Below are positions 25,261 to 38,518 of a stretch of 64,000 nt of DNA, one piece after another. The position numbers and the translations under genes are program-made. The stretch's first letter is position 1; every line of letters starts with the position of its first letter. The notes beneath the pieces are model-generated. The model did no database searches and had not been told where the DNA came from. It worked only from the letters and a program-made list of their open reading frames with translations. Source of the DNA: Azolla caroliniana (taxonomy: Eukaryota > Plantae > Polypodiophyta); contig JBHGNT010000005.1 of the NCBI GenBank assembly GCA_043228905.1, forward strand, positions 11,532,001-11,596,000. The letters are read 5' to 3'.

Positions 25261-26994
25261 CAAAACACGAAGTTCAACAAGATTGGCTAAAGAAAACAAT
25301 GTTTGATTGCAACATAAGAGTGCCCTTTATAAAGTAGGGTTCGATTACAAGAAAGAAATTGGGGAGGTTACAAAGTAGCAACTTCAAGTTAGCTAGGAGC
25401 TCAATAAGAGTTTAAAGGAGACAAGCACAAATAGTGTATGCCCTTCGAGATGAGGGTAAACCCGAACACCTAACGATGAGCCCACGTGCACCAAAGACGA
25501 CAACCGAACACAAGCACACAAACCGATGACAATGAAATCACGAACGGATGAGACAAAAATGAAGAAGAAGGGTCCTCAAACAAAATGGCCAAAATCTCCT
25601 CCTCCCTAAAAAGTCGAGCGCTAAAATGAGCCCTCTTGAGTTGAAAAGGGAAAAAAAAGAATAAAGTTTCCTTAATCCACGCTACACTGTCAAAGATTCA
25701 AACTTTACATGTTTAATACTAGGTCAATGATTCGAATCCATAAGCCACTTACTTTTCCTTATCATATTATTCACATTTAACTATATATTTATAGTTTGTC
25801 TACTTTTATCTGGCTTCTTTTTCACACATTGCATCTCTCCTCTCTCTTACTTTTTGTTCCTCCACGCCCACATTTCTTCCTCCTTGTTCACACACTCATC
25901 TAATTCCCTTCGTCCCCTATTTCTTCCACGCTTGCACACCCCTCCTTAGCCTTTGTTCACTCGCTTTTCCCACATTCGGCCCACCACATTGCGACAACAT
26001 AGATACACCTGCACCACTTGGCCTCTCCCTTTCTGAAGTAGAAAACCAAAGAGCAACCAAACATCCTCTGGATACTGGGCCTCAGTCACTCGTTGTGCAA
26101 CAACAATTAAGAAGTTAAGGGAACGTGAGTTACACTGCCTAGAAGCTATGGTCAAGATACCTTTTACACTAGGACCATGGACCACACCCACATTAAAACC
26201 CTTTGACCTCCCACTCCTTTTCGAAAGACTTGGATGGTAATGAAACTACACCTAGAACATAGCCATTTCCTTTATAGAATATGTTAGACCATAACATCTT
26301 GTCTATTATTTATGTTTTATTTTCAATGATTGGGTACACATCCCATTTTGTCATAACCGATTGTCTCATGGGCCAAATTTGGTATTAGAAGACGTTAATA
26401 TAACTTTTTTCGTTTCTTTCTAAGAGGCGACAGTGTACAGGGTTTTAGTGTTTAGTTGCTACATAAGAAGGCTCTGTAGATGAAGTAAAGAAAGTTAAAT
26501 CGTGCTCTCCTATATTATATACATATATATAATATAGCATGAATTCTAGCTTCTCCCAAGCACCATGGCGTAGAATTCTACTAAGAATGGGGTTCTAGAA
26601 GTATTTATGTTATTTCCAATATATTTTATCTTTTAACATTGTTTGCAGGGACGAAATGTGTTCAACTTGAAATTTTGATACAGGATGAAGACTTCAAACA
26701 TTGCTAGTGACGAGTACATTGTCTGCGGTATAGCTCAAACACTATGTCTTTAGTATCTAAGACATAGACTTCATGTAAAACAATTTTATAAATAGCCTGG
26801 ATTATAATTAATTTATTGTGCAAACTATTTTTGGTGCGTTTTTCTTACGGTAAAATACAAAATAGTTGACACTCACCAAAGACCAATGGATTTCAATAGT
26901 TTTGTTTTTTATTTTTGCTCCAAAGTGTTGGAACTTCCGACACTTTCACTTTAGTAAGGAGTGTCAGAATTTCCAATAGTTTTTTCTAGTTACG

Positions 26995-27656
26995 ATGCAC
27001 GGAAACATGGGAACCTTAGCTCTCCTAATTGTGTAGAGTGCCCAAATGCAGTAGAATCAATACGACATGCTCTGTGGGACTGCCCAGCGTCCCATCGAAT
27101 ATGGCGGGGGGTTGGCCACTTGTTGCAATTATGCCAGGTGCAAGGCTCCATCACGTGGGGAAATATATGTTGGCTATCATGGTAGACCCCAATTGGCAGA
27201 TATGAGCATCAAGAGGAGGGGATGACTTTGGTGATAAAATCACAAGAGGTTTTTTTCTCCACCATCGGCAATGTCCACTCAACTCCTCTTAATGACAAAG
27301 CTCGAGTTGTGTTGGAACTGGTCAGCCCAATAACTCTTTGGATTCTATAGAAACAACAGTGTACATGGGTCTTCTCCAACCAAACCGCGCATCCAACAAT
27401 GTTACTGCAAGAGATATGGAGTGAAATTTTAGCCACTCTAAAGAGCCAGAACGATGGCCTCAAGGACAGCTCCGATGGAGTTGAAAGACAACGAATAGCC
27501 TTCATCCAACAATGGTCGTCCACTCCCTTTCTTGAGTCAATGGGCATCCACATAAGATGGAACTATCGCGTCCCTACAAGGATTTGTACACAATAATCTC
27601 ATTTGTAAAATTTTATAACTAATGGAAGGTGTTTTGTTTGGAAAAAAAAAAAAAAA
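26995..27656 (+). mobile_element. 5'-truncated L1-type LINE (3' end of ORF2 and poly-A)
   Basis: zf-RVT-like CVECPNAVESIRHALWDC, TLWIL(W)KQ.C..VF motif, A15 tail at 27642-27656. Confidence 0.8.
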
Positions 27657-28055
27657 CGTGTTAGAATTTCCTACTCTAACTATACACTTCAATAATGTGA
27701 AGAGTTTGGCACTCTAGAGTCATTTCAAAATGCTAGAATTTCCAACAGAAGTGAATCTTGGCATTTCAGATTATTGTTGATATTTCTAGTAGAAATAAGT
27801 GCCATTAAATAGGAGTGCCAAAAATAAGTTTCGGTAATTTTTGGTAGAAAAATGGTTTTGTCAAAAAAACTTACTGTAGAACAAAAGTGTCATTATCAAT
27901 GTTCATAACAACTCATTCCGTAGTAGTGGCATTGTGAAGGAATTGGGCACCCAAGGTAGATTATTCCTTAGTCAATTCCCCTCACCAATAAAACCATTAC
28001 AAATGATCTTGAATGAATTCAATTGTATGAGATATTTTGGAAATATGTGACGTGG

Positions 28056-28507
28056 ATATGAGCATTAGGAAGAGGGGATGACTTTGGTTATAAAACATAA
28101 GGGATTTTTTTCTCCACCATCGGCAATATCCACTCAACTCCTATTAGTGCTAAATCTCAAGTTGTGTTGGACTTGGTCACTCCAATAACTCTTTGGATTC
28201 TATGGAAACAACGGTGTAGACGGGTCTTTTCCAACCAAAGCACGCAACCAATAATATTAATGCAAGAAATATGGAGTGAAGCTATAGCCACTCAGAAGAG
28301 CCAATATGATGGCCTCAAGGGCGACTCCAATAGAGTTGAAAGACAATGACTAGCCTTTATCCAACAATGGTCGTCCTCTCCTTTTCTTGAGGCAGTGGGT
28401 ATCCACATAAGATGGACCTATCGTGTCCCTATAGGGATTTGTATATAATAATCTCATCTATAAAATCTTTATAACTAATGGAAGGAGTTTTTGTTTGGGA
28501 AAAAAAA
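28056..28507 (+). mobile_element. Second, shorter copy of the same LINE
   Basis: Aligns to 27200-27650; short A tail; degenerate TSD AAATATGTGACGTGG (28041-28055) versus AAATAATGTGAGGTGG (28505-28520). Confidence 0.8.
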
Positions 28508-29804
28508 TAATGTGAGGTGGCATTTAGGAGCTCATTCTCTTTACTTTGAAGTGAGAAGGGTCTAAGAAACATAATATCCTTAGCGTATATGGAATTAAGA
28601 ATGAGATGCCTTAAAATATAGGTTATGAAATGGCAACATATTATCCAAATCCATCTATATGAGCTTTAATTCAAATTAAAGCATTTCAAGTTTAAGGCAA
28701 TAGGAGCATAGAATTTCTCTCAATAGGTGTTCAAGTTTTTACACAAAGTTAAAGGTAGTTGGTAGCTATAATTATTATTTTTAGATATATAAACAGTATG
28801 TGAAAGAAGTGGATACACCCCTTGGAAGAAAGATTTCTTCAATCTATATACCCTTATTGGAAAGGGTCTATGAAGTTGACATGCAACTTATGGAAATAGT
28901 TATCAAGTACCAAAGTGGTGGCAATTAAAACCCAAACTTTTGCATTACAAGTCACATTATATTATGTAAAAGAAATTTAGTTAGTAATTTAACCATCACT
29001 AGTGCTTTTGTACCACCGTTTCGTGCTTTCCTACACAACCATTCGGACCTCACTTTTTTCTTTTACCAAGATGTACCTATCTTCTTATCATTAGGCTATG
29101 AGCCATATACTAGCTTTCTTAACCGAATTGCCATTTATGTAAATCACGAAAACATCATTTGCTTGTGTATACCCGCAAGATGAAGAAAGAGGAAGCAAAC
29201 ATACAACAATACCTAGAACCCCAAAAAACCATCTATATGACTAAGTAAACGCACTCCACCCTTCCACTAGCTATGCTGGGCATTGACCAATGTGATCTCA
29301 CGTCATGTGTGTGCTTGTTATCTGTAATGTTTAATGCATAATTGGGTAATTTGGGGAAGAAACATTGAATGAACATGCCAATGCTAGTATGTATAAGGAA
29401 GTTGTCAAACCAAAATAAATAAATAAATGCAAATGTCATAGTCTTATTGTGTGAAATAAATGTAATGAATATGTAAAAATGTTTATATTTTTGACAATGA
29501 CAAGATTTTGTGATGAGTGGAATTCTTTTTAGATGAATTTTGTCGACATGCTACAAAGGTACGCACCTTTCACCCTCTTGCCGATAGCAACATATATCAC
29601 CACGAGTAGTAAAACCATATCTATAACATGAGGATGTGCACAACTCATTACATGCTCCCAATGTACATGATGGAGAAAGAGTATGTATACATCACATCAT
29701 GAGCCCATGGTGTTGTCATGGGATGTTGTCATATGCCACAATGTTGGGAATTCGCAATAGTAGGAGTGTGAAAGTGTTCAAATACGACAACATACTATAT
29801 AAGA

Positions 29805-29836
29805 TGTGTGTGTGTGCGCGCGCGCGTGTGTGTGTG
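29805..29836. repeat. (TG)n(CG)n(TG)n alternating purine-pyrimidine tract
   Basis: TGTGTGTGTGTGCGCGCGCGCGTGTGTGTGTG. Confidence 0.9.
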
Positions 29837-30423
29837 GACATTATTTCTTTTTAGTTTGTTGTATTGAGTTTTAGTTAAAATTGAGTGTGTGGGGGGGATG
29901 ATGCTGCTCTTCTTCACGAGGGAATGTAGAATATAAAATCTACACACATAAATAAGTCCATACATACACTTTGTGTTCATAAAAAAGGGGAGGAATATAA
30001 TAACTAACCACGATGAATGGGCCATATGATTCATTCATTATATAAGCAAAGGCAATACCACAAGGTGGCATTGATGCTGGCAGCTAAAGAGGAAGAATCA
30101 AATTTTGGCCTTAGAAGACGTTAATATATCTTTCTTTCTTTCATTCTCTCTCTCTATATATTAATAAATAAATAAATAAATATATATACATACGTACGTA
30201 CATACATACATATATGTGTATATATATATATGCTTGGAATTAGTGGGTATTCCACTACAAACTACTGCCACGCCCGATATCCATAATGTACATAGTAGTA
30301 CTACAACAACAACTACTCTAGTAGTAGTAGCTTGGAGCTAGTAGTACCTTAAGAGGCCAAAAATATCTCCACACCAACATTTTATGCGTTCAGCACACAT
30401 TGGTCTGTTTGAAATTTTTATTC

Positions 30424-33400
30424 ATGGGATCAGAACTACAAACAATACATAAGGCACCACCACCACCCACGATGCACGCAAGTCTGTCGACCAGTAGTGG
30501 TGATGGCAATGGTGTTGATAGTGCTTTATTGAAGGTCAACAAGCGTAAGGATAAGGATGAGGAGGTGGAGGTGGAGGTGGAGGTAGAGGTAGAGGTGGTG
30601 GGGAGTGATTGCATGAGTGGCAAAGTCGATGCTTTGGAGGAGGAGGAGGTGGTTAGTAATGGAGGAGGAGGAGGAGGAGGAGGAGCAGCAGCAGCAGCAG
30701 AGCAGTGCAGAAAGACTGAGGCATTAGAAGAAGGAGGGGGAGGAGGAGGAGGAGGAGGAGGAGGAGGAGGAGGAGGAGGGGAGGGAGGAGGCCATAATAA
30801 TGGTGACGGCGGCCTTCACTCTAACAAGTGTCGTGTTCTAGAAAGGAAGAAGGAAGAGGAAGAGGAAGAGAGTCATCATAATCATAATCATAATCATCAT
30901 CAAAGTAGTAAGAGCAATAGCAGTAGCAGTGTCAGTAGTAATGGTAATGGTGATGGTAATGGGCAGCGGCGGTTGGTGCATTACCTGTACCTCAGCTACC
31001 TCCTCTGCCGTTGGGGAGACAGGTTTGGCTTTCGCTCTCTTTCTTCCCTCTCTCTTCTAAATTTGGTTGATTTTCTTCTCGTATTAGCAGAGAGCAAAGC
31101 TGGGCAAAACGAGAGGGTAGATCGCAGCTGTCTTTTTCTTCTTCCCTTTCTTCTTCTTCTTCTTCTTCTTCTTATGTTTTCTGGGATAGGGATGAGCTAG
31201 TATGTATAGCAGCAAAAAAGGTTGTCTTACTTACCCCATTGCCACCAAAAGGAAGGCAAAGGCAGGCATCATCATCATCAACGATCACCATGCACACTAT
31301 CTGCACTTACTACACCACGTAAAACCCACATAGTGGCCGTTACAGCTTTGGAATGTGGGGTGGTGTGGTGGGGTGGGTTAGAACAAACACATCATCCTAA
31401 CCATCTCTTGTCTCATCCTCGTTAACTAACCGTACCAAACCAACGGCGTTACTTACATTGAATCTGCCGATGCCGTGCATCTCTTGCCATTCTCTCTATA
31501 GCAGACACAATGTCATATATGTAGAAGCGCTTTGCTGGTTGGTACAACCCATGGAAACTCATGCATTGATTTGATCATTCAGTGGCCTAGTTAACGCATG
31601 CATTCCATCGGATTGCCTTCACCTACTACTTGCCACGTTTAATTGCATTGCAGTTTTTCCATTCCCTTGGCCAAGCTACTTACTTAGCACATTCGTTGCC
31701 TCACATTCTCTATGTTTTTCACCCCCCTCTTTTACTCAGTACTTACATATATGATCTTTTGTTCTCGTTGCATTCATCCAAAGCTCTTCTTTTATCTTTC
31801 CCCAATCTTCTCGAGCCTTGATAGAAACAACAAGAACAACAGAAAAACGAAAATGCACTATCCTACTTTTCCAAACTGTAATTCCATACCCATAAGCTTC
31901 CTACATTGCATGTAAACCTTTTGTTTGTAGAACCAGCTGATGGGGAGGGGGAGGGGGATGCATCTCTTATCTCTCCTCTAATTTCTTTTGGCTAGTTTTT
32001 CATTTATTTTTTACCCTCCCACCAGCGTGTAAAGATGCAAGAACCTCACTTTCCTTTTAAGTTGTATCATTTGAATATCATGATCTTTTTTGGGGGGGAG
32101 AGGTGCCATGCAATTTTGTTTGGCTTACTTTTCCCCAAACATTTCTCAATTTATTATGCTCAGTACCACAATAGCTTTTCCAGGTGATGGACGTACAATA
32201 TTCCTACACTAGCTAGGGGGTAGGGGGATCTCTGGGTCCCAACTTATAAGTCACACACTTGGTATCTTCGTAGAAATGGTACTCAAATCTCAGGACAAAA
32301 CGTACTAGATCTAAAACTATAAATGTTCTTTTGGAGACCCCTATCATTGTTTATATCAATAAAAGAGGAAAATGGTGTGACGTTGCTACTAAATTCTCAT
32401 GCGAGGGATAATAGGAATGGAAAACCAAGAAATTATCGGGCAATCACGAAGGAACTAAGTGCCAAAATGTTTTGAAGAAGTTACATCACCATCTTAATGT
32501 AGATACTACAAATACAACAATGTCTATAGCAAAGATTCCTAAAAGCTGAGAACATACAACTGTAATGAATACCGAACCAAACTTCTTCGACCAAACAACC
32601 ACGCAAACTCAATCAATCAATAAAATCTTTGACGGAAATTCCTTTTTCTAAGAAGAATTGCTATAATATGTTGGTTGTTCACTTTTAATTTCACCTAAAT
32701 CAACTTTGTGGCCAGTTTTGCAGCTCTAGTTTATATGTCGTTATTAAGCAACCACATATGAACAAATTTTTCAATGAAATGAAAGAATTAAAATTTGATT
32801 ATGTGTTTGTTTTCAAAAATTTGCCTAAAACAAGAACTGTAGACAAATCTAGAGAGTATATCTATGGCTTTTTAAATGCAAGTTTGAAATATCGATTAAT
32901 AACAGACTCTCATTTTTTTCACGTGACATAATCATTACATGCAGAATGTGGGAGTTTGCTGTAGGATTGTTCATGATTCATATATGGAAGCATTCCCTGC
33001 TCCTCGCTTCCTTGTATGGCCTTGTTGAAATGACAGCCATAGTTTTCTTCGGTGTTACGATTGGGGATTGGATGGACAAATTTCCTCGACTCAAGGTCCA
33101 ACCAGACAAACTATGTCCCCAATTTCTCGAAGATCCTGTGGTTTGTTGTATATGATGATTCTGAATTGCGTTGGATTGCAGGTTATACAAACTTCCTTGG
33201 CATTGCAAAACATATCCATCTTTGGTGCATCCATAGCCATACTCGTATTGTTAGTACAACCATGGCCCACGGTTAATAAGAGCTTCAAACTCTTTGCTGG
33301 CCTAATTCTGGTGGTAAATGTCCTTGGAGGTGTTTCAGCTCTCGCTAGCCTTGCAACGAAGGTCTCATTGGAGCGCGATTGGTAAATCCTGATCTCACAT

Positions 33401-35623
33401 AAACCATCGCAAAACCATGTTTGCCATGTGGTGCAATGCAATTTGATCTGATATCCTGCTCTGTTTCTCTCTTCTTTCATTGACCTAAAGCCAGCCACAC
33501 TATATTTCCCCAGCCAATAATTCTTTTACATTGGTAGTGTTATGCACTTCCTAGCCTTTTCTGAGAATTGATTTCTGATGATGACAGGGTAGTGGTGATG
33601 GCTGAAGAATGCCCTGCAAACAACCTTACAAGGATGAACGCGACAATGCGAAGGATCGATCTGTCATGCACTCTTCTCGCCGCAGTCTTCGTGGGACTCC
33701 TCATGAGTGCAGTCTCGGTGGTGACTGCGGCCATTTTCATGGCGGGGTGGAATGTGACGTGTGTGGGCATCGAGTATTGGCTACTACTCACAGTGTACAC
33801 AAGGATTCCTAGACTCCATGAACGGAGACCAGTTTTTCATCTGGAAACAAGGAAAATTGAGGAGATGCTTCCTGCCATAACCAAATTCCAAGACCCTGCG
33901 AGTCCTCAAATGGATGTAGAAAAAAACCCCAGACAACATGCATCATGCAGCATGAATTTCAGAAGAACGGGATTACCTGGGTTTGCAGCTGCTCTATGGC
34001 GGAGGCTTATGCCTACCTCTTTCTTCGAAGGCTGGAAGGTATACATGAGGCAACAAGACATGCTTGCCGGAATCTCTTATTCCATTTTATCATTCACAGT
34101 TCTAAGGTACAAGGACCTTCTCTTTCACCCTATATGCATACATATGTATATGTACACATCACCTTTGCCTATCTATCTACATATCTATCTATACATACAT
34201 GGATGCCTACACATGCTTATGCTATACATTTTTAGTAATGTGTTGCTACTCACATAACCATTCCTCATAATCAAGTGCATACATATACACATGTTTTCAA
34301 TGACATTGGAATCACCCAATGAGATCTACCGCTTACACATGCTTAGTTCCTTTTCCAACAGTTTTGGGACCCTCATGACAGCAAGCCTAACATGGAGAGG
34401 GTGTCCCGCTTATGTTTTAGGGCTTTCTCGAGGAATTGCTGCTTTGGTCGGTATTTTTGGCACCATTTCGTACCCATTTCTACAAGCACGACTACAAACA
34501 CTCAATGCAGGACTTGTTTCTATACTACTCCAGGTGAGGTTTTGGATCCCGAAAACATCAAGGGGGGCGAAACACCAACTCTATTAGCTTTGTCCGTTAT
34601 ATTTACCAAAATATCCCCTAAGTTTTCAAAAATTACCTGAATAGCCCCAAATTACGATCCATAGGGATAGTTTTCAATGGTATTTTGGTGTCATGCCCAA
34701 ACTATAACCCGATGGTACATACATGTGCATTAAAAAAGAAACCAATTGACGTTGCTTGCTCTTGCTGCATTTCACGGTGCATTATTACTCCACATTGTTT
34801 ACTAAGCATTTCTTGATTCACTTAGTGGATCGTTGTCACATTGTGCGTGATCTCGGTGTGGGTTAAAAGCTCTGTCGCTTCAACTGCACTATTGATAAGC
34901 GGGGCAGGTGCTGCAAGGGCAGGCCTTTATATGTTTGAACTATCGGTCACACAATTGATGCAGGTAGTTCATGATATCCTTTACTTATATATATACTCTT
35001 TAAACATGCATACCTACATAATCAAAATTGACTCTACCATCTCACATCCACCCCCAAGGAGTTCCAACATTCTACATTGCATCATCATGGCATCCTTTGG
35101 TATTTGGAAATAACCATGCCTTGTCATAGGAACTCATTGTCTATGCTTTATAGGATTCATAGTACATTACCTCACAACTACACACATAACCACTAGAATA
35201 AGAGTTCAAGCGCTAGTCGCATTTTTTATTGTTCTAAATATCATTGCAAGCAAAGACTTTGAACATCCTTTGTGGTTGAAAATCGTCAACATTTGCTAGG
35301 AATCCGTGCCTGAGGAAGAGCGTGGAGTGGTAGTTGGTGTTCAAAATACAATGCAATCCTTTTGCTACTTACTTATTTTTATTGTTGCCATGATTATTCC
35401 ACATCCACAGGTAATACTTGACAACTTATAATTTCCATTTCTTCATTGAAAAGTCTAACAAACATGAGTGATTTTAAGCTCTAAATCTCCACAAAATCTC
35501 TTGTAGGACTTTGACAAATTGATAATCATGTCATTCGGATCGGTAACCTTGGCAGCAATTTTGTATGCTTTTCACGTATATTCTATTCCTGTGAAAAAGA
35601 AAATCATACAATCTAGGTATTGA
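30424..35623 (+). CDS. FPN: Ferroportin / iron-regulated transporter (SLC40, IREG), 8 exons, ~668 aa
   Basis: Exons 30424-31022, 32945-33095, 33182-33381, 33588-34106, 34362-34533, 34826-34963, 35300-35410, 35507-35623. All introns are GT-AG; total 2007 nt, in frame. Motifs WGDRMWEF, ERDWVV, MNATMRRIDL, TVLSFGTLMTA, QLMQESVPEEERGVV.GVQN. The start ATG is uncertain (30424 or 30472). Confidence 0.93.
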
Positions 35624-36318
35624 TAATGATCATGATCATCACAATTTGTTTTTTATATTCCCCAGTGCTACACTACGATTAAAAGGATAGAGATAATGAT
35701 TACATTTGGGTGAGGTGAACATGGACTCTAAGACCTAACACGTGTGACTTATTTAAGCCTCTGTAAACATGCATGGCATCATGATAAATGCACATCTTGG
35801 TGCAAAACTTAGCTACAATATAAGGTTCGTTGTAAAAGGTTGGGTGGGGACTTTGATCTTGTACAATGTGGTGGAAAATACAATATACACCGAATGCAGT
35901 CATTGCTCTTTTGCCAATTAAAACTGAACACAAAGGGTTGTATGTGGATTGGGTCTCACATGAGTGATGAAAAGGCATGACAAAATTGAGATAAGAGTAA
36001 CACACGTTTTTATCAAAATTCTATCTTATTCCTAGGAAAAAATTTTTTTGGTACAAAAGCATGTTACTTGGATGCATTTCCTTCCCCTACAATGAGTGGC
36101 TTCGTTGGTGTTGGATCATTTCCATGACGGTGTCTATTAAGATACATAAGATAAACCTCAATAGACTCTCAACTAATTTGTTATCTTGATAATGATTTCG
36201 AATACATGGTTAATTAACGAGTGTAACCTCTTAACAACAAGAGCTTGATGTTTGAATTTATCAAATAAAAAGAGGTAAGTTCCAGAAGGCAATTCTAATT
36301 ATGATATTTGGGCATACA

Positions 36319-36825
36319 TAACAATCGGCAACGGTTCGGTTCAAAGGTGTCAAAACCAATCTGTTAAATTTTTTTGAAACTTAAACCCGAATCAAACCAA
36401 ACCACGGTTTAACGGGTTGGATTTGGTTCAGGTTTGGTTTGGTTTGGTTTGAAAAAATCCAACCCGTTAAACCGTGAAAACTGCGGTTTTGTGGTTGGGT
36501 TTCGGTTTTCATGTTAGGTCAAAATTCAAAATTTCAATTTTAAATTGTAAATTTTAAAAATTTCAAAATGTTAATGATTTTTCCTAAAATGTGAGAATTA
36601 GGTTTAAAAATGAAAAGGTTGTTCAAAAAAATAAATAAATAATCAATTGGCAACCCTAAACCATCAAACTGTTTTAACCATAGTTCCAAACCGAACCGAA
36701 CCGTTTACCCCCCAACTGAAACCAAACCGTTAAAAAAAACTTGAACTTGAACGGAACCAAACTGTTAAGTTGCGGTTTCACAATTCGGTTCGGTTTAGTT
36801 AAAACTGAATTGTTGCCGATTGTTA
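36319..36825. mobile_element. hAT-type non-autonomous DNA transposon (MITE)
   Basis: 14-bp perfect TIR TAACAATCGGCAAC / GTTGCCGATTGTTA; 8-bp TSD GGCATACA at 36311-36318 and 36826-36833; many subterminal AACCG/CGGTT motifs. Confidence 0.92.
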
Positions 36826-37208
36826 GGCATACATATGATACAACATTCTTATCATTTATAGTTATGATCATCCAACACATACTGTACATATAGTACAACA
36901 CAATAATTATTATACTCATTAGGTGATCTATTTATGTATTTAGACGATCTAATAGAGAACCACATCCAAATCTTTTTTTATTGTTTTTAGTTCCACTATA
37001 GCTATGTACTACTTGCTTCTTTAGGACTAGTTTGAACTCATTAAATGGGGACAAAGGTCCTATATTGCTTAAGGAATCATTAAAAAATTCACATGGTTTC
37101 GAGACATCGTGCCAAAGTTAAACTGCAGCTTGTTTGTTTGAACCTCACTAATCTCCAAAAGGATGGACATTTTTTCTGAGAGATTATCGTGTTTGTTGGC
37201 ATGACACG

Positions 37209-37620
37209 TGTTAAGAATTACGTGATTAACTACGGGTTCGTTAGTGCCTAATTATGTGATTAAGTTAAGTGGAAGATTAAGTGATATGTGTGTGAGAGGA
37301 AGAGAGAGAGGAAGTTAGCACTATGAACAACAAGACAAGATGTGGGATGATTAACTCTATATTAAATTAGCATCATCGAATACAAAAATACCCACAATGA
37401 GGTATATATAGATCTCATGTGCAAAGATGCACATGTGTGAGGAGAATATAGGTACAAGGGTGTAAGTCCTATATTAAATGTACTTGAGAGTGGAGGATCT
37501 AGAATATCCCACTTAAGTACAAGATCCTATTTAAGGCATTATAGTCAACACATCTAACTAGATTCTATCTAGGTAACTACGAAGTTACATGGTTGACTAA
37601 CTAACTAAACTAAGTTGAGC
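37209..37620 (-). repeat. Isolated Copia LTR (family of 62229-62654), its start clipped
   Basis: Reverse complement of 62240-62654; ends ...AATTCTTAACA; no PBS follows. Confidence 0.88.
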
Positions 37621-38518
37621 TCACCATATATAAGGAAGAGCAAAAGCTATTATCTTTGTGTCTATGTGTGGAGAATACAAAGGATGAGTTGAATGACTTG
37701 CCGAATGTATGTAGCCAAGTTCATTGGTTTTGGACGGCGACGGAACCGGAACCGGACGGATGGACGGTGATGGCATCTGGCACCCGGCGATGGAACCGGT
37801 GACCAGTGACCGGCACCCGGCGACCTCGGGATGTGGATTGAACTGGCTCGGGATGTGGACCGGACCGGGCCAAACCGAACGAATGCAAATCGGACGGATC
37901 AGTTGATTGTGGTGCATGGTGTTTTAAAGATATTTGGTCCAAAAGCCTAATAATATTTTGTGCTTTGAAAGGGATGTAAGCAAGACTTCATCCTTGCACC
38001 TACAAGATAGGAGGCAATAAACTTACCACTAGGCTATATCATTTCCTTACAAATGTTTTTCCTATCATTATAGTTTTATGTGGAATTTCTCATATTAGAG
38101 CTTGATTCAGTGACATGTGATGCATGAGCGCCAAATGGCAAACATGCATCAAATGCATTCCATGCATTGTATGCATGTCTTGTACCCTCACATGCATCAT
38201 ATGCATGGGAGAATTTATAAAAGGGTGGATGAAAAGATAAAAAAGGGGTGATGTATTAATGAAGAAATTAAAAGTAAGAATTCGTTATCCAATTGATGTA
38301 TCAATCTTGTTCTTCAAATCTAAAGTCAAGAGTTCAATCTTAATCTATCTTAATCTAAAGTCAAGTGTTCTATCTTATCTCAATCTCTCTCTCTTTCAAT
38401 CTATCTTAATTCCTTTCTCGCTAAAGCTAGTGCAAACTTCGAGTCCTTCCGGTCCAGAACATTGGTGGTTTCGCCTCACAATCCGCACGTAGTGACGGAT
38501 CTTCACGACATAATTAAG

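Noticed and set aside
27905-27928. CACTA-like terminus (...CCGTAGTAGTG)
   Set aside because: No convincing partner TIR or 3-bp TSD; only a degenerate candidate near 26576
29300-30424. Iron-response elements (CATGC/IDE1-like, E-boxes, animal IRE hairpin) upstream of FPN
   Set aside because: Short motifs at chance frequency; no convincing IRE stem-loop, and the IRE/IRP system is not established in plants
31023-31200. Hydrophobic C-terminus of ORF 30400-31200
   Set aside because: Read-through into intron 1 (CTT microsatellite); the splice at 31022 restores WGDRMWEF
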